This document shows positions 38,707 to 47,711 of a stretch of DNA of 64,000 nt, piece after piece; positions within the stretch are counted from its first letter, which is position 1; the number at the start of each line of letters is the position of its first letter. The position numbers and the translations under genes were made by a program. The stretch is from Nitrospirales bacterium (GTDB lineage: Bacteria; Nitrospirota; Nitrospiria; Nitrospirales; UBA8639). The notes beneath the pieces were generated by a model, which saw only the letters and a program-made list of their open reading frames with translations, did no database searches and was not told the origin of the DNA. Location of the stretch: NCBI GenBank assembly GCA_965208595.1, contig OZ242346.1, forward strand, positions 2,112,735 through 2,176,734. The letters are read 5' to 3'.

Positions 38707-40092
38707 ATGAGAAAAATCAACTGGTTGGAAGAAAATGGCTCTTTTTTGACCGTTGCTTCGGTCTTCACGGTCTGCCTATCAGGGTTTTTCTTTAGTCCAG
38801 GCGACGTTCGTGCTTCCAATATACCTCAATCGCCGGATGCCGCGGTTTCGTCATCTTTGCCCTTGCCGGCCAGCCCCCGTGGACTGATTTATTTCCGCCC
38901 GGAACCCCTGACCGGTTCTGTCACGCATGCCCCCCTCACCCCAGCCCGCTCCCACCAGGAAAGCGGGGACCTTGGGTATGAAGATATTTCCGTTATCGTC
39001 AATCCTGCGGTCGAACGCAATATTCACTACTTTCAAAACGTGATTCATGACCGCTTTCAAGAATGGTTGACCAGATTCTATGCCTACCGACCCTTGGTCG
39101 AACAGATCTTCGTTGAAGTCGGCCTGCCGAAAGAATTGATTTACCTGTCGTTGGTCGAAAGCGGATTTAACCCCAGGGCGTATTCACGCGCGCGGGCGTC
39201 CGGGCCTTGGCAGTTTATCAAGAGCACGGGCCGGATTTACGGTTTGTCGGTCAATTGGTACGTGGATGAACGCCGGGACCCCATCAAGTCAACAGTCGCG
39301 GCCGCCATTCACTTGCGAGACCTCTATGACCTGTTCGGTTCGTGGCCCTTGGCGCTTGCGGCGTACAATGCCGGGGCCGGGAAAATCAGTCGTGCGATTG
39401 AAAGGACCGGTACCCGTGATTTCTGGAGGATCGCGAAGACTCGCTATATCCGCCGGGAAACAAGGCAATACGTCCCCAAATTCATGGCTGCCATGATTAT
39501 CGCGACGCGTCCCTCGTTGTTCGGTTTTCACGCCCATTTCCAAACGGTTCACGAATACGATGAGATTCGCATGGACGAGTCCATCCATTTGCGGTCCGTT
39601 GCCAAGGAGACGGGAATTTCCTTTGAGGAGCTTCGACGGCTGAATCCCGAACTCCGTCGCAGCGTCACCCCACCCGGTCGGGACGGCTATTTGTTGAAGG
39701 TCCCCGTGGGCAGGGCAGGGCACGTGGAACAGGTCAAGTCCCGCATGAAGACGTGGACGCAACCCTCGCCGCCTCGACGGACCTGGTATCGCGTGCGCCG
39801 GGGAGACAGCCTGTCGGTAATCGCGCATCGCTTCGGGACGAGCGTGAGGCAATTGAAAAACCTCAATGATCTCTCGGGGAGTCTAATCAGGGTCGGTCAA
39901 CGGTTGCGCGTCAACAGAGACGGCAAAGGCGTGACGGAAGTCGGCGAGGTAAAGTGGTATCGTGTGCGGCGCGGCGACAGCCTCTGGAGCATTGCCAAAC
40001 GGTTTCAGGTGTCGGTGCGGGACTTGAAGATTTTGAATAATTTGCGAAGCAGTCTGATTCGAGCCGGGCGGATGTTGATGATCACGTCCTGA
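38707..40092 (+). CDS. Lytic transglycosylase (SLT domain) with two LysM repeats, MltD-like
   Basis: 'SLVESGFNPRAYSRARASGPWQF' and 'AAYNAG'. There are two 'YRVRRGDSLxxIAxRF' LysM units. Confidence 0.85.
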   Translation: MRKINWLEENGSFLTVASVFTVCLSGFFFSPGDVRASNIPQSPDAAVSSSLPLPASPRGLIYFRPEPLTGSVTHAPLTPARSHQESGDLGYEDISVIVNPAVERNIHYFQNVIHDRFQEWLTRFYAYRPLVEQIFVEVGLPKELIYLSLVESGFNPRAYSRARASGPWQFIKSTGRIYGLSVNWYVDERRDPIKSTVAAAIHLRDLYDLFGSWPLALAAYNAGAGKISRAIERTGTRDFWRIAKTRYIRRETRQYVPKFMAAMIIATRPSLFGFHAHFQTVHEYDEIRMDESIHLRSVAKETGISFEELRRLNPELRRSVTPPGRDGYLLKVPVGRAGHVEQVKSRMKTWTQPSPPRRTWYRVRRGDSLSVIAHRFGTSVRQLKNLNDLSGSLIRVGQRLRVNRDGKGVTEVGEVKWYRVRRGDSLWSIAKRFQVSVRDLKILNNLRSSLIRAGRMLMITS

Positions 40093-40110
40093 GGAAGCCC
40101 GTTCCGTCTC

Positions 40111-40890
40111 TCATTCTCCGGTTTCTTTCCCCTCCGGCATCGTATCTTGTTCGGTTCCCTCCTTCGCGGTTTCAGGTTCCTCTGCAGGCGGTTCAAGAAT
40201 TTTGGCTCGCAAGGTGGCTTCACTCACATACGGTGAGTTCGGATGTTCATCCAATAACTGTTTGTAACGGGCAAGCGCCTCGTCATTGCGTTTTTCATGT
40301 TCCTCGAGTTTGGCGAGTTCGAACAGCACCTGGTCCTTGTTGAGCGTTTGGGGCATTTGAAGCACTTGCGTGTAGGCGGTGATTCCCTTTTCGAGGTCCC
40401 CGCTTGCCAGGTAGCTGGCCCCCAGTCGTTGGTAGACCAACCCGAGCAGCGCGGGAGAGTTTCCCGCCTGGTCGATGAAATGTTGATACGCCTCGATGGC
40501 CCCGGCGTGGTCGTTTTGTTCGGCTAAGGCGTTTCCGATCACATACCACGCGGAGCGGGCGCTGGCGGAACCAGGAAATTCCTCGATAATCCGCCGATAC
40601 AAGGTTACGGCTTCTTGCAGCTTCTCTTTGGCGGCGTCGGCGTCGTCGAGGGACCGGTCGAGGTAGGCTTGAGCGGCTTGATGTTCAAGGGCCAGTGCTT
40701 CTTGTTCCTGTTGGTGTTGCGCCAAGTATAGGGCCCCGAGAAGGATCATCACCATGATTGCGACGACGATTCCGGTAATGAGCGCCCGGCGATGAAGTTC
40801 GGCAAAGAGCCACATCCGTTCGCTTCGGGATAACAATTGCGGGATCTCCGCCCCCACCTGTTTGCTGATGTGTCTGATTTTGTAGGTCAT
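40111..40890 (-). CDS. Membrane-anchored TPR-repeat protein
   Basis: One TM segment (LITGIVVAIMVMILLGALYLA) is followed by TPR-like helices. I prefer the ATG at 40890. Confidence 0.7.
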   Translation of the reverse strand: MTYKIRHISKQVGAEIPQLLSRSERMWLFAELHRRALITGIVVAIMVMILLGALYLAQHQQEQEALALEHQAAQAYLDRSLDDADAAKEKLQEAVTLYRRIIEEFPGSASARSAWYVIGNALAEQNDHAGAIEAYQHFIDQAGNSPALLGLVYQRLGASYLASGDLEKGITAYTQVLQMPQTLNKDQVLFELAKLEEHEKRNDEALARYKQLLDEHPNSPYVSEATLRAKILEPPAEEPETAKEGTEQDTMPEGKETGE

Positions 40891-41014
40891 GGTTCGGTCT
40901 CGGCATTCATCTTCTGACGAAGGTTGCACTCTAAAGGGTCGCACCCGTATTTCTCAAGGGTGCTGTCGATTTTTGTGCCGGCGGGGTCGTCATAACGGTC
41001 GGTTCTCCTTACGG

Positions 41015-41042
41015 TTGACACAGTCTACTTGGCTGATATAAT
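41015..41042 (+). promoter_or_regulatory. Consensus sigma70 promoter of the tRNA operon
   Basis: TTGACA, a 16-nt spacer, then TATAAT. It lies 36 nt upstream of tRNA-Val. Confidence 0.7.
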
Positions 41043-41077
41043 GAAAAAACGTTGGATTTTTGAATGCATGGAGTGTG

Positions 41078-41153
41078 GGGCGGATAGCTCAGTTGGGAGA
41101 GCATTGCCCTTACAAGGCAGAGGTCGCAGGTTCGAGCCCTGTTCCGCCTACCA
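41078..41153 (+). tRNA. tRNA-Val (anticodon TAC)
   Basis: I folded the cloverleaf by hand. It has a 7-bp acceptor stem, a CTTACAA anticodon loop, a TTCGAGC T-loop and an encoded CCA. Confidence 0.95.
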
Positions 41154-41267
41154 TCTATCTCAGACTATCCATAGAGAACGTCGAACGTAAACCTCTTGAA
41201 GGGTTTCCTGGCCCGGACAGAGGCTTGTTTCGACATCACAGTCAAAAGGCTACCCTCTTACGTGAAT

Positions 41268-41345
41268 GGGGCCGTCGTTCAGCCAGGTTAGGACGCCAGA
41301 TTGTCAATCTGGAAGTCGCGGGTTCAAATCCCGTCGGCCCCGCCA
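41268..41345 (+). tRNA. tRNA-Asp (anticodon GTC)
   Basis: I folded the cloverleaf by hand. It has a TTGTCAA anticodon loop, the GCGGG/CCCGT T-stem and an encoded CCA. Confidence 0.95.
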
Positions 41346-41394
41346 TTCACGTCGTTGTGGCTGTGCTCGCTTACACGGTGAGTTTTCAATTTAT

Positions 41395-41536
41395 GGAACA
41401 CCTGATTTATTGTGATAGCGGGATGCAGTGCAAGGCGTCCCGCAGCGAAACCCGAGGCTTATCACAGAGATAGGCGAGGGTTGAGCGAGGACACAACACC
41501 GCAATGCGCCCGATAGTGCAATAAATCAGCGGTTCC
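41395..41536. mobile_element. MITE-like 142-bp imperfect palindrome flanked by TTAT direct repeats
   Basis: The termini are GGAACACCTGATTTATTG and CAATAAATCAGCGGTTCC, which pair at 16 of 18 positions. The interior folds into one long irregular rod. TTAT lies at 41391-41394 and at 41537-41540. Confidence 0.5.
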
Positions 41537-41577
41537 TTATCACGTTACATCACGTTTCGGGCTGAACGTCACATCCG

Positions 41578-42309
41578 ATGTTTTCAACCGACCCTCTTGA
41601 ACTGTTTGGTTCCCTGGGGACCATCTCCATCATCGTCCTCTTTATCCTGCTGGTGTTTTCCGTCTTTTCGTGGGGCGTCATCCTGTACAAATGGCGCATG
41701 TCCCGGCTGATCAAAACAGAGGAGCGACAGTTCCTTCAGGCCTATCAGGAGGAAGACGCACTCAGCGAAAAAGAGCTGCATCTCCTTCAACACGTGGCCG
41801 CAGAATTGCCTCATAGTCCCAGCGGTTCAGTGTTGCTGGACGTATTGAATCGTATAGGTCATCTTGCCGCTCACAACGTGGGCGACGTCGCGGTGGCGGC
41901 GCGGAAGACGGGACCTTGGCCGGACCGCCAGTATTTGGAGAAAGTCGTACAGTATCTCATTCAGCAACAAATCGCGCGGCAGGAAGCGTACCTGCCCTTC
42001 CTGGCCACTACGGGCAACATTACCCCCTTCATCGGGCTATTCGGAACGGTCGTCGGCGTCATTAATGCCTTTCAGCAAATCGGCATCGAAGGCACGGCCA
42101 GTATCGCTTCGGTTGCGCCCGGTCTTTCCGAGGCCCTCCTTGCAACCGCCGCCGGACTGTTTGCTGCGATTCCCGCAGTCATCGGGTATAATTACTACCT
42201 TGCCCAAATTCGGAAAACCATATTCGGCGTAGAAGCCTTCAGCATCGAATTTCTGAATGCCCTTGACGCGCCGGTTCTTGCCGGCAAAAAAGGTCGAAGT
42301 CGCTCGTGA
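41578..42309 (+). CDS. tolQ: MotA/TolQ/ExbB-family proton channel
   Basis: 'GLSEALLATAAGLFAAIPAVIGYNY', and its position in the tolQRAB context. Confidence 0.85.
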   Translation: MFSTDPLELFGSLGTISIIVLFILLVFSVFSWGVILYKWRMSRLIKTEERQFLQAYQEEDALSEKELHLLQHVAAELPHSPSGSVLLDVLNRIGHLAAHNVGDVAVAARKTGPWPDRQYLEKVVQYLIQQQIARQEAYLPFLATTGNITPFIGLFGTVVGVINAFQQIGIEGTASIASVAPGLSEALLATAAGLFAAIPAVIGYNYYLAQIRKTIFGVEAFSIEFLNALDAPVLAGKKGRSRS

Positions 42310-42740
42310 TTGTTGAACCCCGGCATCGTCGGTTTCTTTCTGAAATCAATATCGTTCCTCTCGTCGACGTGGTTCTTGTGCTGTTGGTGATCTTTATGGT
42401 GACGGCGCCGATGCTGCACCGGGGCCTTGATATTACACTTCCGCGTTCGCAATCGAATACCGTCGTTCCCATGGAGCGTCTCGTGATTACCATTGAACCC
42501 GACAAACGGGTTTACTTGGGGAAAGACCTTGTGACGTTGATTGATTTACGGAAACGTCTGGATGAAGCCAAAGCTCTGAACCCCCTCGTGTCGGTGTATC
42601 TTCGAGCCGATCGACACGTTCCCTATGGACGGATCGTCCAGGTCATGGATGAAGTCAAGGGGGCGGGAATCGAACGGTTAGGCATGGTCACGAACCCCCA
42701 GGGGACCGTGGTGGAAGAAGAGGTCTTCGAGCCTCTGTAA
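42306..42740 (+). CDS. tolR: ExbD/TolR-family protein
   Basis: 'EINIVPLVDVVLVLLVIFMVTAP'. It overlaps the tolQ stop by 4 nt. Confidence 0.85.
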   Translation: MIVEPRHRRFLSEINIVPLVDVVLVLLVIFMVTAPMLHRGLDITLPRSQSNTVVPMERLVITIEPDKRVYLGKDLVTLIDLRKRLDEAKALNPLVSVYLRADRHVPYGRIVQVMDEVKGAGIERLGMVTNPQGTVVEEEVFEPL

Positions 42741-42753
42741 ATTGGAATGAGCG

Positions 42754-44340
42754 ATGTCGTATGCAACGCCTTTCAGTCTCTTGTCGTTTCATTTGCCGGA
42801 TCATGAAGACTCGGCGGCGGAACGGCTTACGTGGTCTCTTGCCGGTTCGGTGCTCATTCACGCGGTCGTGTTCGTCGCGTTTCTGAGTTTACGTTTCGGC
42901 TCATCGCTCGAACAGTCCTCAGGGTCTTACGAGGTCACGCTCGTCACGCTTCCGGAAATCGCGGCGTCTGCGACGGCCGCACCGCAGAGAAAGGCCGTGA
43001 TTCCTCCAAGCAAAGCAGTCAGAACGACCGGTTCCCGGCCTCAGGTGAAGCCAAGAGTACCCCAACGGGTGATGGATTCTCTTGTGAGCGAGCCGAAGCT
43101 ACAGGTTCCGGCCATGTTCCCCAAGGTCGTAACGCCGCCGGTTTCGACGGACCCCAAACCCACTCTGAAACAGAACGTGGACAAGCTTCCCCCTCCGCCC
43201 CTGGCGGAAGATAGAAAAATTCGCAAACCTGAACGGGTGACTGATTCGCTCATGAGCGCGCTTGATTCCGTGGTCGTGCCAGAGACGCAAGCCCCGGCAT
43301 TGCCTCAAAAGTCTGCGCCTGTCCGGACTGCGGCCCCTGCTCCTGTCAAACAGTCGCCTGCCGTGGAGAAGGACATGCCGGCATTCAAAGCGCCTTCGCA
43401 ACCTCCAAAATTGGTTGTCAGGAAGCCGGCGGAACCCCCCACTCCCGCTCCGAGCGTTGATTTGCTGGCCCCAAAACTGAAGCAGGCCGTCGGCGCCACC
43501 TCCGTTCCCAAAAAGCCGGAGCAGGTTTCCAAACGCGTGAGCCCGGCCGTCGCATCGAAACGTCAGCAGAAACAGTCTGCGCCCAAGGTTTCTGAAGCAC
43601 CAGCCATTACCTTACCTCCCCCGGCCCCTCGCTTGGCTGCTGTTTCGCCGCCTGCGGCGCTGAAGAAGGAAACGCCGCTGCAAACTGCTCGGAAAAGCAG
43701 CACCGCGGAGTCGTTGCCACCGATTCCACCGGTCCCTGAGTTCAAGAAGCCTCGACCTGCAGAAACCCCATCAAAAGTGGTTCTACTTATTCCTGAAATG
43801 TCACCGAAACATCCGGAAGCGGCCGAGACTCAAAACATGCCGCCGACTATCGTGCTCCCTCAGGCTCCGCAGTTAGCCGAATTACAGGATCCGGTCCCTT
43901 CTGAACCCTCGGTTTCCGAGCCTGATACTCCTCTCAAACAGGAGATCGATGTTTCGATTCCGGATTTATTGACTTTTGACCCCCAGCCGGTTTCCGAACA
44001 ACCGGAGAGTGGAGGGGCGAAAGCGCGTGGTCTGTGGAAGGCGGGGTGTTCCCCAAATAATCCCTATTGGGAAAACGTGGAGGCAAAGATTGATAACATT
44101 CATAGAAGCCTTTATCGGTACCATTATCGTGTTGAATCCCCAGCTATCCTGACTTTTCATGTCATGCGGAACGGTCAGGTGACGGATCTGGACGTCGTCC
44201 AGTCCTCCGGAAACGAAAAATTTGATCTGGTTGCGAAACGCGCGGTCCTGGCGGCCGCTCCGTTACCGCCTTTTCCCGCGAACATGACCAAACCTTTTTG
44301 TCCAGTCCGACACAATTTTAGGATCAAGCCGAATCGATGA
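42754..44340 (+). CDS. TolA-like, proline-rich protein with a TonB_C-type C-terminal domain
   Basis: It has an N-terminal TM segment, a long P/A/K-rich linker, and the C-terminal segment 'ILTFHVMRNGQVTDLDVVQSSGNEKFD'. Confidence 0.75.
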   Translation: MSYATPFSLLSFHLPDHEDSAAERLTWSLAGSVLIHAVVFVAFLSLRFGSSLEQSSGSYEVTLVTLPEIAASATAAPQRKAVIPPSKAVRTTGSRPQVKPRVPQRVMDSLVSEPKLQVPAMFPKVVTPPVSTDPKPTLKQNVDKLPPPPLAEDRKIRKPERVTDSLMSALDSVVVPETQAPALPQKSAPVRTAAPAPVKQSPAVEKDMPAFKAPSQPPKLVVRKPAEPPTPAPSVDLLAPKLKQAVGATSVPKKPEQVSKRVSPAVASKRQQKQSAPKVSEAPAITLPPPAPRLAAVSPPAALKKETPLQTARKSSTAESLPPIPPVPEFKKPRPAETPSKVVLLIPEMSPKHPEAAETQNMPPTIVLPQAPQLAELQDPVPSEPSVSEPDTPLKQEIDVSIPDLLTFDPQPVSEQPESGGAKARGLWKAGCSPNNPYWENVEAKIDNIHRSLYRYHYRVESPAILTFHVMRNGQVTDLDVVQSSGNEKFDLVAKRAVLAAAPLPPFPANMTKPFCPVRHNFRIKPNR

Positions 44341-45704
44341 TGAAGCGCCTCACGCAGTTGATCTTGCTTGTCTTCTCCTTCGTTCTGCCCTTTGTTGCGG
44401 ATGCGCAGATGAACGAAGCTGAGGTGATTCTGGATACCGACCGACTTCCAAAAATTCCCATCTGGATCATGGGGTTCGCCGATGGTGAAACGGGACAAGA
44501 GGATGACGCCGGAATCGGCGGTCAAGTCAACGCTATACTCAGGGCTGATTTGCGGCGCACCCACGTGTTTAAGGTCATGAAACGAGCAGCGGACACGCTC
44601 CCGCTTTCGAAAGCAGGGTGCCGGGCAAAGGCCCCCATTGTGAAAGCCAAGGGAAGTACGGCTTCGGTGGTCACCTGGGGACGAATCGGTCGGCAAGATG
44701 GAAAATTGTTCTTGGAGGCCTGTGCCTACGATGGCGGGAAGACGGATTTGATCGCGATTGGCAAACGGTATGCCGGTGCTCCGATTACCGTGAGACTCCT
44801 GCGGTCGATGGTTCATCGATGGGCTGATGCATTAGTCTCGCATTACACCCTCGGTCGCGTTCCCGGCATCGCCCGGACCGAGATCATCTATGTTTCCAAA
44901 GTCAAGACTGGTCGACGGGATTTGTTCAGGATGGATTATGACGGGTTCGGTCCCAGGCGCTTGCCGTCGGATCCCAAATTACACCTCAGCACCACGCCGA
45001 ACTGGTCGCCGGACCGTCGCGCCGTCGTGTATACGACCTGGCGTGACCACAACCAGGAAATCGCGTGGCTGGATTTGGCTAAAGGGAAGAGACGAATCCT
45101 GGTTCCTCCCGAAGAAACGTTGAATATGACTCCGTCGGTTTCCCCGGATGGCCGATTGTTGGCGTATGCTTCCGCCAAGGATTCCACCACGCGGGGGAAT
45201 TCCCATATCTTTATCATGAACTTGAAAACAGACGTAAAGAAGCAATTAACCGATGGTGCCAGGGCGGATTTGTCGCCCACGTGGTCGCCGGATGGTCGAG
45301 AAATAGCTTTTGAGTCAGACCGGACCGGTCGACCGCAAATCTACATTATGAGGGCCGACGGCAAGAACGTCCGCCGGTTGACCTTTGAAAAGAGTTCCAA
45401 CAATGCCCCGGCCTGGTCTCCGCTGGGAGATTGGATCGCCTACGTCTGTGGGCTGAAATTGTGCCGGATTTCTCCTGATGGGAAGCAGCGTTTTCAAATA
45501 ACGAGCGGCCCCCCCAGCGAAAGGGATGAATCTCCTTCGTGGGCGCCGGATGGCCGCCACCTGATTTTCAGTTCGAAGCGAGGCAGGGAGCGTAAGAGAC
45601 CGAGTCACATTTACATGATTCAGTATGATGGTACAGGGTTGGAACAGTTGACGAAGGGCGGGATGCACCATAGTTCTCCTGCCTGGTCTCCATTGTCGGA
45701 GTAA
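44337..45704 (+). CDS. tolB: Tol-Pal system beta-propeller protein TolB
   Basis: It has repeated PD40 motifs ('SPDGRLLAYAS', 'WSPDGREIAFESDRTGRPQIYIM'). Confidence 0.9.
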   Translation: MMKRLTQLILLVFSFVLPFVADAQMNEAEVILDTDRLPKIPIWIMGFADGETGQEDDAGIGGQVNAILRADLRRTHVFKVMKRAADTLPLSKAGCRAKAPIVKAKGSTASVVTWGRIGRQDGKLFLEACAYDGGKTDLIAIGKRYAGAPITVRLLRSMVHRWADALVSHYTLGRVPGIARTEIIYVSKVKTGRRDLFRMDYDGFGPRRLPSDPKLHLSTTPNWSPDRRAVVYTTWRDHNQEIAWLDLAKGKRRILVPPEETLNMTPSVSPDGRLLAYASAKDSTTRGNSHIFIMNLKTDVKKQLTDGARADLSPTWSPDGREIAFESDRTGRPQIYIMRADGKNVRRLTFEKSSNNAPAWSPLGDWIAYVCGLKLCRISPDGKQRFQITSGPPSERDESPSWAPDGRHLIFSSKRGRERKRPSHIYMIQYDGTGLEQLTKGGMHHSSPAWSPLSE

Positions 45705-45895
45705 TCAGAATCAGGAGCTGACCAGAGAACAAGGACAAAAGCGCGGGCTTTTCCCTCTTCGGAAAAAGTTCCCGTCCTGACAGGGGAGGGGAAGGAGGGC
45801 ACAGCAAGATGGAGGGAGTGAAAACCATGTGGATTGATCGTGTTTCTATCTTGACCTCGACAAGCTCAACACGACTAACCGGTCGTAACCTGAAA

Positions 45896-47632
45896 ATGGG
45901 GCTGTGCCTGACCTGTCTGGTCTTCAGCCTGACCGCCTGTGCCCAGCAATCTGATTTGGTGAAAGTGGAAAAAGATCTTGGCGGAAAAATCACCAAATTG
46001 GATCAGGAGAAAAAAGCCCTGGCCCAAGTCCTGAAGCAAGCGAAGCTGGAAATCGTCGAGGCCTTGGAGCAACAAAAAGCTGAGTTAAACGAAGAAATTG
46101 TGAGGGCTCGTGCGCAATTGAACGAAGAAATCAGGAAGGCCCGAGCGCAATTGAACAGTGATTTGCGGAGCCTGCGAGAGGAGAACTTGCCCAAGGTTAT
46201 CGGTGATTTGGAGACCCAACTACATCAGGTCCGCAAAAACCTTGAGAAGGCTTTGCAGCAGCAGCGTCAAACGGTAGGTGTCTTGAAGGCACAGCGAGAA
46301 CAACGTGAAACGGAATTGTCCGAGAAGATTGACGCCGTGGGGCTGCGCCTTGAGCAAGCCTTGAAGCAGCAGGGTCAAACGGTAAAAGACCAGTTCGCCG
46401 CGTTTCAAAAGTCATTGGGCCAGTTTAAGAACGCCTTGAGCGATGTCAAAAAACAGTTCGCTCAGGAGGCGAAACGGGCAAAGAATTCCGAGACGAAAGT
46501 CAGACAGGATTTCGATAGGCACCTGCAAGTCTTTCGTTCCAAACTCGATGCCGATACACGGGCGTTGAAGAAGTATTTGGAAACCGAGGTCAAAACGACA
46601 ATCGAATCCATCAATACCGCACTGAATGAGGGCAACCGGAACTTGAAGGCCGACATTGACGCCCAGGCAACACGCCTATCCGAGTTTAATGCCAAATTGG
46701 GCACTGAACTCACGGGGCTTAGACAGACCGATACTCTACACGGCAAAAATCTGGAGGAGGTGACCCTGTCCCTGGCTCAACTTCGTGACGTGCTGGGGAC
46801 GACCGGGACCCAACTTGGCACCAAACTGGACAGCCAGGGTAAAGGGCTGGAACAAACGGCAAAACGGATTGAGCAGTTACAGGGTCAGTATGCGGCGCTG
46901 GCTAAAAGATTGGACGCCGACCTGAAGGGCCTGCACGGGTATTTGGACAAGGACGTTCGGCCTAGCCTGGAATCGATCGCAAAAGCACTAGGCCAGGAGA
47001 AGAATCGAGTCTCTCAGGAGTTCATAAAGGTCACGTCCGGCCTCCAACGCGTCGAACAAACAAGCGCCTCGAACGTCACCCAAACTCAAAAGCAATTGGA
47101 AACTCAAGCCGAACACGTTCGGGAACTGAGTGAAGCGGTGGCAGGGATGCGAGAGGTGTTGGATTCCATGGCCGGTATGTTGGGTAATCGTACCGATCAG
47201 CACATGAATCAGCTTGGGCAGTTGACGGCACGAATGGCACAAATGGAGAAAGAGCAGGCAGCCGAAGCCGCCAAGCAGGCAACGAATACCCAAGCCGTCT
47301 CAACCCATCTCAGCGAGGTGACGGCGAGCGTGCAGTCGGTCGGGCAATCGTTTGAGCAATTCAAGAACCTGATGTCCACCAAGCTGAAAGAGCAGGCTGA
47401 CCGTATTGAGGCCCAGGCCCGGCAAATGTCGAAATCGACGGGATCGGCCGCTGCCGTCTCGAATCTTCAGCAGGGTTTAAAGGCCAACGTCACGCAACTG
47501 AATGAATTGACCAAATCCGTCGCGCAGTTGAAAGACGTGGTCAGGGCCATGGGCGAAAAGCTGGGCTCCAAGGTGGATGAACACGAATCCCAGCTCATCA
47601 AAGTAGAACAGGCCCTCAAGAAGATCAAATAA
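45896..47632 (+). CDS. Coiled-coil lipoprotein of 578 aa, sitting where pal/cpoB normally follow tolB
   Basis: The lipobox is 'LVFSLTAC'. The rest is almost entirely heptad-like and Q/K/E/L-rich, and I see no OmpA-like domain. I prefer the ATG at 45896. Confidence 0.7.
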   Translation: MGLCLTCLVFSLTACAQQSDLVKVEKDLGGKITKLDQEKKALAQVLKQAKLEIVEALEQQKAELNEEIVRARAQLNEEIRKARAQLNSDLRSLREENLPKVIGDLETQLHQVRKNLEKALQQQRQTVGVLKAQREQRETELSEKIDAVGLRLEQALKQQGQTVKDQFAAFQKSLGQFKNALSDVKKQFAQEAKRAKNSETKVRQDFDRHLQVFRSKLDADTRALKKYLETEVKTTIESINTALNEGNRNLKADIDAQATRLSEFNAKLGTELTGLRQTDTLHGKNLEEVTLSLAQLRDVLGTTGTQLGTKLDSQGKGLEQTAKRIEQLQGQYAALAKRLDADLKGLHGYLDKDVRPSLESIAKALGQEKNRVSQEFIKVTSGLQRVEQTSASNVTQTQKQLETQAEHVRELSEAVAGMREVLDSMAGMLGNRTDQHMNQLGQLTARMAQMEKEQAAEAAKQATNTQAVSTHLSEVTASVQSVGQSFEQFKNLMSTKLKEQADRIEAQARQMSKSTGSAAAVSNLQQGLKANVTQLNELTKSVAQLKDVVRAMGEKLGSKVDEHESQLIKVEQALKKIK

Positions 47633-47711
47633 ACGGCTGGCTCCACACATCCCGTTCCTCCCGGCCGAAGAAGTAGCAGAAGCACTGGGATCCCGTCACA
47701 AAGCATTCCCC

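Noticed and set aside
41395-41430. A resemblance of 'acctgat...' to the TPP-riboswitch core
   Set aside because: The CUGAGA motif and the pyrimidine-sensor helix are absent, and the downstream gene is tolQ. The terminal inverted repeats and TTAT duplications fit a MITE better.
41060-41473. A 137-aa ORF
   Set aside because: It runs straight through tRNA-Val and tRNA-Asp.
45760-45805. A G-rich stretch (gacaggggaggggaaggaggg) after tolB as a further REP-A copy
   Set aside because: It has only loose similarity and lacks the CCCTCTCC/GGGAGAGG hairpin and the GGTGAGGG tail. It is too degenerate to count.
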